A DNA stretch of 64,000 nt from a virus (taxonomy: Duplodnaviria > Caudoviricetes): positions 1 through 64,000 of the IMG/VR virus record IMGVR_UViG_3300042090_001530, one strand, 5' to 3'. The notes beneath the pieces were generated by a model. The model had not been told where the DNA came from and did not search any database. It worked only from the letters and a program-made list of their open reading frames with translations. The position numbers and the translations under genes are program-made. The stretch's first letter is position 1. Each line of letters begins with the position of its first letter. This document shows, one piece after another, positions 56,638 to 64,000 of the stretch.

Positions 56638-58962
56638 ATGCCGGTGACCTCGAGCTCCGTCTGGAACGCGGCGCAGGCCGGGCTGATCGGCAACGCGGCA
56701 GCCACGGCAGCCTCAGCCCAGGTGAACCAACTGCTCACCACGCACCCGGCCACGGCGATCTACCAAGGCAACCGTGTTCTTCAGCCGGAGATCATCTACT
56801 CGACGACGCAGAACCCTTGGAACGTCCCGCTCGGCACCCTCGATGTCGACCAGCCCTTCACGATGTCCGGCACCGTCATCGGCCGGATCCAACTGCCGGT
56901 CCTCGCCGTGGGGAACGGCGCCGACCTGCTCGTGTCACTGTGCGCGGACAACGGGTCCGGCCAGCCCGGCACCATGGTCACGCAAACGCGCATCCCAGGT
57001 TCGTGGATCAGCGCCCTAGGTGCGGTGAACGCCCCCACGGGACCGGCGACACAGTTCCCAGTGGTCCAGTATTCGAACTCCCCGCTGGCAGTGGCACAGT
57101 TCAACATCTGGTCTGAGGCACTGCAGGTCGTCCAAGCGTACAACTACCCCGCCATCACGTTCATGGGCATCTCGGCGACCCCGTCGACCGCGTACTACCA
57201 GGGGTACATCATCGCTGTCGGCGGGGTGAGCAACGACGTCGCCCTGTCCACCGTGTACACGATCCCGTACAGTTCGGAAGGGGTGCTCTCGCCGACAGTG
57301 CCGCAGCCCGCGTTCCCGAACCCGAACGACGGCTCCTCGGCGACGATCGTGGCCGTCGACTCGTCCACGGGCGCCCCGGTGGTCGTGAACTGCGGCGGCG
57401 GCACCTCCTACGAAGGCGCGCCGGTCACGAACGCGTTCACGTCGTCGCTGACCACCTCGACCGGGCAACTCTCGGCGTGGGCGGCGCAGGCGGCACTGCC
57501 GGCGGCGATCCAGAACCACGGCATGGCCACCTGGGGCGGGTACGTGTATGTGGTCGGCGGCCGCACCTCTTCCGGGCTCGTCAACACCGTGTATTACGCG
57601 CAGGTGCAGAACGGCCAGATCGCGGCGTGGAACACGGGGACGCCGCTGCCACTGGCGGAGCAACTGCCGTTCGTCGTGGCGTGCAACGGGCTGCTGGTGG
57701 TGTTCGGCGGCGCCAACGCCTCGTTCGCCGGGAATCAGACGGCGTACTACGCGGTGATCAACGAGGGCGGGTCGCTCGGCCCGTGGCTGACACTGCCACC
57801 GCTGTACGCGGCCACCTATAACCTAAACGCGAACCCGTACGCGAATCAGTTCGGGATCATCAGCGCCACGAACTTCAATACCCTGACATTCTCCGAGCAG
57901 GGCGGCCCCTCGACCGAGTGGGGCACGATCACGTCGGGCGCGGGTGGCGTCCTGCTCGGCTACAACGATTCCGGCAACGGCCAGGTGCTGGTCTATGCGC
58001 TCTCCCCGAGCGAGAACCAGTTCGGCACCGTGTACATGAACCTGGTGCCGTACATTTCGGTGCCGCTCCCAGCGACGGGCCTGACCAGCGGGAACACGTA
58101 CCACATCTTGATCCAACAAAAGGGCGGAGATGCCGTCGACTACCTGTCGACGATGATCGGGTTCCGGACGTACACGGCATCATCCGGCCCGACCGCGCAG
58201 ACGAGCCCGCCCGGCGCGTACACGTGGACGACGGTAGCCACTAGTGACGCCGTGCCGATCCAGGTCTTCGATCAGACGCCGCCGGCCGCCCCGGGGATCC
58301 TGCCGTGGCACACCTGGTCGGATCAGGGCGCGCGCATTACCACGATCGTATGCGCGACGACCCCGGACCAGCGGCTGCTCGGCATATGCGAGGCGACCCG
58401 CATGGGGCTCGCGCTGAACCAGAACCAAGGGTTCGAGGCCGGCCTCTCCCCCTGGACGTGGTCCGGCGGCACGGCCGTCCAGTCCACCGCCCAGTCGTAC
58501 TCGGGGCTGCACTGCGCGCAGATCACCCCGAACGGCACCTCCGCATCCTGCTCCTTCGCCTCGGAGATTCTGCCGTGCCTGCCCGGGCAGGCGGTCACTG
58601 CGGCGGGCTGGTTCTACTTCACCAACACGGTAACCTCGAACTTTTCGCTCTCCGTAACGTGGTACACGGCCGTGACCGGCGGCACTGCGATCTCCACGAC
58701 CGCGAACCTCGTCAGCGTCAGCCCGGCCACCTGGACTGAGGTCGTCAACAACCTGACAGCGGTCGGCGGGGCGTACGGGTTCCAGATGGTGGCCACGCTC
58801 AGCGGAACCCCCGCGTCGTCGCAACTCTGGTACGTCGACAACGCCATCGGCACATACACCTACACCGGGCCGCAGCAATCCTCAGTCACGCAACTCGAAT
58901 ACGGGGGCAACTGGCCCTCGTATCAGACGTGGCCGCCCCTCGGCTCGACCGTGCTCGCGTAG
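56638..58962 (+). CDS. minor tail protein (paralogue 3) with Kelch-like repeats and CBM4/9-like domain
   Basis: QVNQLLTTH; YVYVVGG and LVVFGG Kelch-like repeats; NQGFEAGLSPW...SGLHCAQITP. Confidence 0.7.
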   Translation: MPVTSSSVWNAAQAGLIGNAAATAASAQVNQLLTTHPATAIYQGNRVLQPEIIYSTTQNPWNVPLGTLDVDQPFTMSGTVIGRIQLPVLAVGNGADLLVSLCADNGSGQPGTMVTQTRIPGSWISALGAVNAPTGPATQFPVVQYSNSPLAVAQFNIWSEALQVVQAYNYPAITFMGISATPSTAYYQGYIIAVGGVSNDVALSTVYTIPYSSEGVLSPTVPQPAFPNPNDGSSATIVAVDSSTGAPVVVNCGGGTSYEGAPVTNAFTSSLTTSTGQLSAWAAQAALPAAIQNHGMATWGGYVYVVGGRTSSGLVNTVYYAQVQNGQIAAWNTGTPLPLAEQLPFVVACNGLLVVFGGANASFAGNQTAYYAVINEGGSLGPWLTLPPLYAATYNLNANPYANQFGIISATNFNTLTFSEQGGPSTEWGTITSGAGGVLLGYNDSGNGQVLVYALSPSENQFGTVYMNLVPYISVPLPATGLTSGNTYHILIQQKGGDAVDYLSTMIGFRTYTASSGPTAQTSPPGAYTWTTVATSDAVPIQVFDQTPPAAPGILPWHTWSDQGARITTIVCATTPDQRLLGICEATRMGLALNQNQGFEAGLSPWTWSGGTAVQSTAQSYSGLHCAQITPNGTSASCSFASEILPCLPGQAVTAAGWFYFTNTVTSNFSLSVTWYTAVTGGTAISTTANLVSVSPATWTEVVNNLTAVGGAYGFQMVATLSGTPASSQLWYVDNAIGTYTYTGPQQSSVTQLEYGGNWPSYQTWPPLGSTVLA

Positions 58963-59035
58963 CTGCGCCGCTCTCCCGCATCCTCTGTCCCGCCCCATCC
59001 GGGCGCCGTGAACCCACATTCGGCAGAGAGGGTGC

Positions 59036-59530
59036 ATGGTGGCCGACACCTTCGAACTCATCGCCCTCGCCGCGGTCGCACAGCTGCAGCCGCTCGTCAA
59101 CGCCACACCCGCCTCCACCACCACCAACGGCACGCCCACCTCCGGCACTACCGAGACCGAAGACGCAGTCCTCGGCACCTACCAGTGCAACCTGATCTCC
59201 GGGCGCCGATACATGGCCGTCATGAACGGCCTCGTCGGCAACGGCTCCGTCGTGTCCGACGTGTTCCTCCTCAACATCCGCAACTCCGGCTCCTCATCTG
59301 CGCCGACGAGCTCGAGCACGCTCGTGGCCCAGCAAGAGTGGACGCCGCAGACCGCAGGCACCTCCGGGCGGTCGCCGATCCCGCTCGCCGGCTCTTTCAT
59401 CGCCCCCGCCACCGGGCTCAACACGTTCGCTTTCTTCGCGCAGCGCACGGCCGGCACCGGGGTGTTCACCCCCATCTCGCCACTCGCCATCGCGCGCGAG
59501 CTCTTCGTGATGTACCTAGGAGCCGTCTGA
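59036..59530 (+). CDS. hypothetical virion-associated protein
   Basis: GAGAGGG RBS; normal codon usage. Confidence 0.65.
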   Translation: MVADTFELIALAAVAQLQPLVNATPASTTTNGTPTSGTTETEDAVLGTYQCNLISGRRYMAVMNGLVGNGSVVSDVFLLNIRNSGSSSAPTSSSTLVAQQEWTPQTAGTSGRSPIPLAGSFIAPATGLNTFAFFAQRTAGTGVFTPISPLAIARELFVMYLGAV

Positions 59531-59757
59531 TGACCGTCGCACCCGAGCCCATGCGCCAGGAGGCGCCGTACCCCGAGATCCTCGCCGGACTGGTCGACCG
59601 GCTCCGGTACCGCGCGGGCTGGCTGTTCGCGTTGCGCGACATCGACCGCGGGCAAGGCAGCTCCTCCGGAGCCCTGAAGCGCCGGGGTTCCTCGCCAGAC
59701 ACTGCTGAACGACTAGCGGTGAGGGAGAGTGAACCGCGGTGTCACTGCCTGACTTGA
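59530..59757 (+). pseudogene. 3'-truncated conserved actinophage gene
   Basis: APYPEIL..LV.RLRYRAGW...DIDRGQGS matches the N-terminus of a longer family as I recall it; the sequence becomes non-coding-like after about 59660. Confidence 0.55.
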
Positions 59758-59836
59758 GCGCACTCGACAAGCACAAGACCGGCGGATTCGCCCCCGGCTA
59801 TCCGGCGAACGCGAGGACTTTCTACAGTCCTGTCGC

Positions 59837-60634
59837 CTAGACTCCCTCTGCGCCGCTTTCTTGCGCGGCTTCCCGCCGCCGACGCACGGCAGCCCTTCCG
59901 CACTCCTTGCAGACCCTAGCGCCGCGATACCACCGCGTGTTCTCTTCGGAGAACGCATGGCCGTGTTTGCAGTGCGTCTTAACGGCATTGGCGGCCGAGA
60001 CGGTACGTGCCCGCAATGTGTTGATCCGTGAGGTTGTCGGCTGCAGGTGAGCGGGGTTAACGCACCTGCGATGGCTACACGTGTCGCCGCCCGTGCATCG
60101 CGAGAAGTCGGTATGGCACATATGGTCCAGCTGAAGTCCATCCGGAATCTCGCCGACCAACTGCTCGTAGGCCCATCGGTGAACGAGGACGAAGCGGCCC
60201 GACTTGCCCCCCATCCGCACTTGGCAGTAGCCGTGCTTGCCGGGTTTGCCCTGCCAAACCCAGCACGGGCCCAGTTCGGGCTTGTGCCCCGGAACGGGCC
60301 CGTCCTTGTCAACTTTCGACCAGAACCTACGGTCATCGTCGCCATGGATCCGCTTTTGCACAAGCGGATCTCCGTAGCGATGCCAACGCTGATAGTGGAC
60401 GTTGCACCACCCTTTCACCTTCGCGCCCTCAGGGCAGTCGGCGATGGCGCACTTCACGAAAGCCTTTGGCTGCGGCTCGGCTCGCTGCAAGCGCTTCTCG
60501 GCGGCCTTCTTCTGCGCCCAAGCCTTTCCTCGCGCGCGAGCGCAGAGCCGACACTCCCTGGCGCGGCCGGGTCGATCGATCGTGCTTTCCGCGGTCCAGG
60601 GGTGGCCCTGGGCGCAACCCATCGATGATTTCAC
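59837..60634 (-). CDS. HNH homing endonuclease with Zn-binding modules
   Basis: RFWSKVDK...CWVWQG...GY...VHRWAY...LDHMC...RRCVNPAHL; C..GH..CR.C modules at both ends; the only supported minus-strand gene. Confidence 0.88.
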   Translation of the reverse strand: MKSSMGCAQGHPWTAESTIDRPGRARECRLCARARGKAWAQKKAAEKRLQRAEPQPKAFVKCAIADCPEGAKVKGWCNVHYQRWHRYGDPLVQKRIHGDDDRRFWSKVDKDGPVPGHKPELGPCWVWQGKPGKHGYCQVRMGGKSGRFVLVHRWAYEQLVGEIPDGLQLDHMCHTDFSRCTGGDTCSHRRCVNPAHLQPTTSRINTLRARTVSAANAVKTHCKHGHAFSEENTRWYRGARVCKECGRAAVRRRREAAQESGAEGV

Positions 60635-60672
60635 TTTTCAGTTGTAGCAGCAACGCGAGTCTGAGGTGGCGA

Positions 60673-61119
60673 ATGTTTGACGCTGTAGAAGAAGTCGCTG
60701 CCCATACTCAGACCGAGACGCATCACTATTCGGTGCGCTTTCCGGCCCACCCCGCGCGCACCGACGATCCGCACTACAGGGACTTCGATCACCTGCACCG
60801 CGAGTGGAAGAAGGATCCCGAACGATGGCAGTGCGCCGTTGGCAAGCATCGCGGCGACTTCTCCGAATGCGACCTCGCCAAGCCGCTCGAACTGCACCAC
60901 GCGCACGTCGAGTTCAGCTTGCAAAACGGCGTCGACCTGTCATGGCTTGAGGCGGACTATCCGGGAATCTCGAACCCCGACGAGGTCGGAGCCTGGGTCG
61001 AGAGCCCGGACAACCTCTTAGTCCTGTGCGTAGCCCATCATCGCGGCCCGGGCGGCGTGCACGTCGCGTCCGCCTCGGACTTCGAGGCAGAGAAGTACGT
61101 GAGAGGACTCATCTCTTGA
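60673..61119 (+). CDS. HNH-like His-rich protein
   Basis: GAGGTGG RBS; C...ELHH.HVE...NLLVLCVAHHRG.GGVH. Confidence 0.7.
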   Translation: MFDAVEEVAAHTQTETHHYSVRFPAHPARTDDPHYRDFDHLHREWKKDPERWQCAVGKHRGDFSECDLAKPLELHHAHVEFSLQNGVDLSWLEADYPGISNPDEVGAWVESPDNLLVLCVAHHRGPGGVHVASASDFEAEKYVRGLIS

Positions 61120-61204
61120 GCCGCCCGCTGATCCTCGTCGCGGCCGAAGCGCGTGCCCGAGTAGACATGATTCACCACGCGATGTTGACGAAGGCCGCGA
61201 AGAA

Positions 61205-61758
61205 GTGACCGCTGTCGCCGACGGGCCACCAGGACGCTCGGATGCTGCGCGGGTGCTGATCGGCGCAGGTTTCACGGCGTCCGACATCGAACGCGTACTC
61301 GCAGGGGCGCCTGAGACATCCAAGCGCGCCTGGGTGCGCCCGGCGGTGTTCGGCGCGTCCGACGGCCTCATGTCGATCTTGGGTGTGGTGTTCTATCTGG
61401 GCAACCATGCCGGGCTCATCGTCCCGGCCGCCGCGATCGGCGGCCTCGGCGCCTCGCTGTCCATGGCGGCAGGGGAGTGGCTTTCGGAGAGCAGCAAGGG
61501 ATTCAGGGCGTCGTTGGTGATGGGCGCGGCACCGGCGTCGGCTCCATCGTCCCCGCGTTCCCGTACGCATTCCTTCACGGCGGCGCGGCGTTCGCGCTCT
61601 CGACAGTGCTGTGCATGGCCCTGACCGTCGCCGTCGGACTGCTGCGCACCACGCCGCCGCAGCGTGCCAGGCGGGTCGCGGTCACCATCGGCGTGCTCGC
61701 CGTCGTCTACGGCGTCACCCTCGCGTGTGCACTGGCGACCCGGGGAGGTGCGGCTTGA
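61205..61758 (+). pseudogene. VIT1/CCC1-family transporter-like gene with a 1-nt frameshift
   Basis: VFGASDGLMS and GASLSMAAGEWLS motifs. The hydrophobic product continues in another frame (TGVGSIVPAFPY...) after about 61530. Confidence 0.7.
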
Positions 61759-62282
61759 GTCTGTATCGGCACGTCCCGCACCCTCGCATCGCCGCCCGCA
61801 ACGATGATGGCCCGGCCAAGGTGGCGGACCAGCATTCGCGCGGGAGCGCAGTCCAGCGGTTCAATACGCGCCTCGCCCTGGCGACCACGAAGACGGTCGG
61901 CTCGATGTGGTGCGCCTACGCCTTCGCCCTGTTCGACTGCCTCGCGCTGCCGCAGGCGATCCAGGGCGGCCTTTTCGGCATCGTGCAGTGGGTCGCGTCG
62001 TTTTTCCTCCAACTGGTATTGTTGTCAATTATTTTAGTTGGACAGAACGTGCAGGCCGACGCGTCCGACAAGCGGTCCGAATCCACCTACCTCGACGCGG
62101 AAGCCATCCTTGACTCCGCGCGGCAGATCGCCGAGCACCTCGGCGCCCAGGACCAGCACCTGCTCACCCAGGACGACCGGCTCGCCGCGCTGGCGGACCG
62201 GTCCGACGCGCTCGCCGGCCAGCTGACCGCCCTGGTCATGCGCCTGACGCCTCCCGGCACGGAATCGGGCACGGAGCGTTGA
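61755..62282 (+). CDS. DUF1003-like membrane protein
   Basis: RFNTRLA...VGSMWCAY.F...QWVASFFLQLVLLSIILVGQN. Confidence 0.7.
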   Translation: MSLYRHVPHPRIAARNDDGPAKVADQHSRGSAVQRFNTRLALATTKTVGSMWCAYAFALFDCLALPQAIQGGLFGIVQWVASFFLQLVLLSIILVGQNVQADASDKRSESTYLDAEAILDSARQIAEHLGAQDQHLLTQDDRLAALADRSDALAGQLTALVMRLTPPGTESGTER

Positions 62283-62494
62283 CATCAGCCGAGACGGTGA
62301 TCGCCGCAGCGCTCATCAGCTCCCTGCCCGGCTGGGCCGCCGTCTACGTGACCATCGCCAATCGGCGTGCGCTAAGGAGGCAGACCGCCGTGCTCCGGGA
62401 GGACACCGTCACGCAGACCGCGCAGATCAAGGCTCATATCGACACCTCGGGCGCCCCCGTGTTCACGGAAGGACAGGGCGAAGCAGGCAAATAA
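62279..62494 (+). CDS. small membrane protein (holin-region)
   Basis: TTGA overlap; single N-terminal TM. Confidence 0.55.
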   Translation: MTSAETVIAAALISSLPGWAAVYVTIANRRALRRQTAVLREDTVTQTAQIKAHIDTSGAPVFTEGQGEAGK

Positions 62495-62593
62495 GCCCGC
62501 AGACCGCGCGGCCTTAAACCCGGAACCGGTCGCCCCAACAGCCAGCCTCGCACACCGCCAGCCCCAGACCTCGGCTGACAAGAGAGGCCACCC

Positions 62594-63013
62594 GTGGCCG
62601 ACGACATGAGTCCAGGCGAAATCCGCCGAACGATCGAGCGCATCGAGCAGGCCCAGAGAGACTCGAACCGGGCGACCGACGACCGGATCAGTGAACTCGC
62701 ACGCAAAGCAGTGCCCGCCGAACTGTGGGCCAACGAACAAAGAAACATCACCGAACGCATCGAGCACGCGGAGCACGACCATGCCGAAGCGCTGCTCCGG
62801 ATGGAGAACCGCTCCCTGGAACGGTTCACCACGGTTCAGAACGAGTTGGCGGCGATCCGGGGCGACCTGCGCGACCACGAGCAGTCGCACAAAGAGTCGA
62901 CCGCGTGGAGCCGCAACCGGGTGTTGACTGCGATCGGGATCACGGTGGGGGCGTTCGCGACGCTCGCCGGTGCGTGGATCGCCGCCGTCATCGCCGCCAG
63001 GGGAGTGCATTAG
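62594..63013 (+). CDS. coiled-coil protein with C-terminal TM (lysis region)
   Basis: AGAGAGG RBS; C-terminal LTAIGITVGAFATLAGAWIAAV. Confidence 0.7.
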   Translation: MADDMSPGEIRRTIERIEQAQRDSNRATDDRISELARKAVPAELWANEQRNITERIEHAEHDHAEALLRMENRSLERFTTVQNELAAIRGDLRDHEQSHKESTAWSRNRVLTAIGITVGAFATLAGAWIAAVIAARGVH

Positions 63014-63015
63014 GG

Positions 63016-64000
63016 ATGCCGTTGGTGGAGCGCAGGCGCAGAACCTTGATCGCTGGCAGTGTCGCTTTCGCGATCGCCCTGTTCGGCCTGGTCGTTTTCC
63101 TGATCGTCGTGGTGTCGCACGCGTCCACGCAGATCGCGGACCTGAACGCGGGTCGGGCGACACAGGACGCGCAGATCAACGGTCTCGCCGGGGCGGTGGA
63201 GTCGGCGAGGGCGCAGATCAAAGGGCTGGGTGCGACGCCGGTGGTGCCCGCGCCCTCGGAGATCTTGAAGACGATCACCGTGTCTGGTCCTGCCGGCCCG
63301 GCGGGTTCGCCGGGCGCGGCGGGCGTCGGGGCGACCGGGCCGGCTGGTGCGGTCGGTTTGCCGGGCGAACCCGGCGCCACTGGAGTCGGCGCGACAGGCC
63401 CGGCCGGCGCCAGCGGCGCGGCGGGCAGCCCGGGGGCTGCGGGCAGTCCCGGTGCGGCCGGCAGCCCTGGAGCCCAAGGCGTCCAGGGTGAACAGGGAGT
63501 CGCCGGAAACGCCGGCATGGAAGGCCCGGCGGGTCCCGCAGGGCCAGCGGGACCAAGCGGCGCCCAAGGAGCCCAGGGTTCGCCCGGCAGCGACCCGGCC
63601 GGCTGGTCGTGGACCGACCCGTCGGGCAACGTCTACACCTGCGCCGCGGATGGCCAGACGCCGTCGCCGAACTACGCATGCACGCTCGAGTCGTCCGCAT
63701 CAGCTTCGGCGACGGCGTCCGACAGCGCGAGCCCCAGTCCCGACCCGAGCTCCAGTTCAACGCCCAGCCCGAGCATGAGCCCCAATGCGAGCACGGCCCC
63801 GAGCGCGAGCATGAGCCCCGCACCGACAGCGACCGCATCTGACACCGCGCCCGACGCCCAGGCCGTCGCAGTGGACGCGTCCAGACCCACCGCGACGGCC
63901 GCCACCCCGGCGCCGACCGGCCCGCCCAGCCCGAGCCCCCGTGCCCTACTCCTACTCGCCATCCCGCTACTGCGGCGGGATGACCTTTACGCCATCGGAG
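63016..64000 (+). CDS. collagen-like membrane protein (3' partial)
   Basis: MPLVERRRRTLIAGSVAFAIALFGLVVFLIVVV TM, coiled coil, G-X-Y repeats, two Cys, S/P/T-rich stalk. No stop before the window end, so it is absent from the ORF track. Confidence 0.75.
   Translation, partial: MPLVERRRRTLIAGSVAFAIALFGLVVFLIVVVSHASTQIADLNAGRATQDAQINGLAGAVESARAQIKGLGATPVVPAPSEILKTITVSGPAGPAGSPGAAGVGATGPAGAVGLPGEPGATGVGATGPAGASGAAGSPGAAGSPGAAGSPGAQGVQGEQGVAGNAGMEGPAGPAGPAGPSGAQGAQGSPGSDPAGWSWTDPSGNVYTCAADGQTPSPNYACTLESSASASATASDSASPSPDPSSSSTPSPSMSPNASTAPSASMSPAPTATASDTAPDAQAVAVDASRPTATAATPAPTGPPSPSPRALLLLAIPLLRRDDLYAIG

Noticed and set aside
59680-59745. Hammerhead ribozyme (CTGAACGA...GAAC)
   Set aside because: Core deviates from CUGANGA/GAAA and the three stems could not be built.
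61116-61208. 30-aa ORF between the HNH-like and VIT genes (similarly 14331..14420)
   Set aside because: Overlap geometry is plausible but it is too short and motif-free to support.
62988-63629. Minus-strand collagen-like ORF
   Set aside because: Antisense mirror of the plus-strand G-X-Y gene, which has a TM leader and fits the operon.
1-64000. CRISPR or TIGR-like repeat-spacer arrays
   Set aside because: No regularly spaced repeat with unique spacers found by eye; the repeats seen are coding or short tandem.

Overview
High-GC actinomycete siphovirus-type prophage or phage. Almost all genes are on the + strand. About 1-8.4 kb is a Streptomyces plasmid/AICE-like conjugation module: DUF3307-like gene, stand-alone FtsK-gamma protein, DUF2637/Spd-like gene carrying a dense DNA repeat, and a TraB-type FtsK/SpoIIIE translocase. 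About 8.4-10.8 kb holds a dead Hint fragment, a Zn-finger/HTH pair and a tRNA-Thr(CGT). An IS607 element (tnpA + tnpB) follows at 10.8-12.85 kb. From 12.9 to 20 kb are many small, partly domain-shuffled Cys/His-rich genes, then a permuted papain-like enzyme and two giant beta-helix proteins (20-29.4 kb). A complete morphogenesis operon follows: TerS, TerL, a portal-NUDIX-2H-phosphoesterase-MuF fusion, XkdF-like protease, scaffold, capsid, neck, tail tube, tail chaperone with an apparent +1 frameshift, tape measure and minor tail proteins. At 59.5-60.7 kb an antisense HNH endonuclease with structured flanks truncates a gene. The window ends in membrane/lysis-region genes, including a frameshifted VIT1/CCC1 gene and a collagen-like protein. 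No integrase, repressor, endolysin or CRISPR array is visible. All family calls come from motif recognition by eye; no database searches were run. The strongest novelty candidates are the portal fused to two nucleotide-hydrolysing enzymes and the TraB/clt-like transfer module inside a tailed-phage genome.
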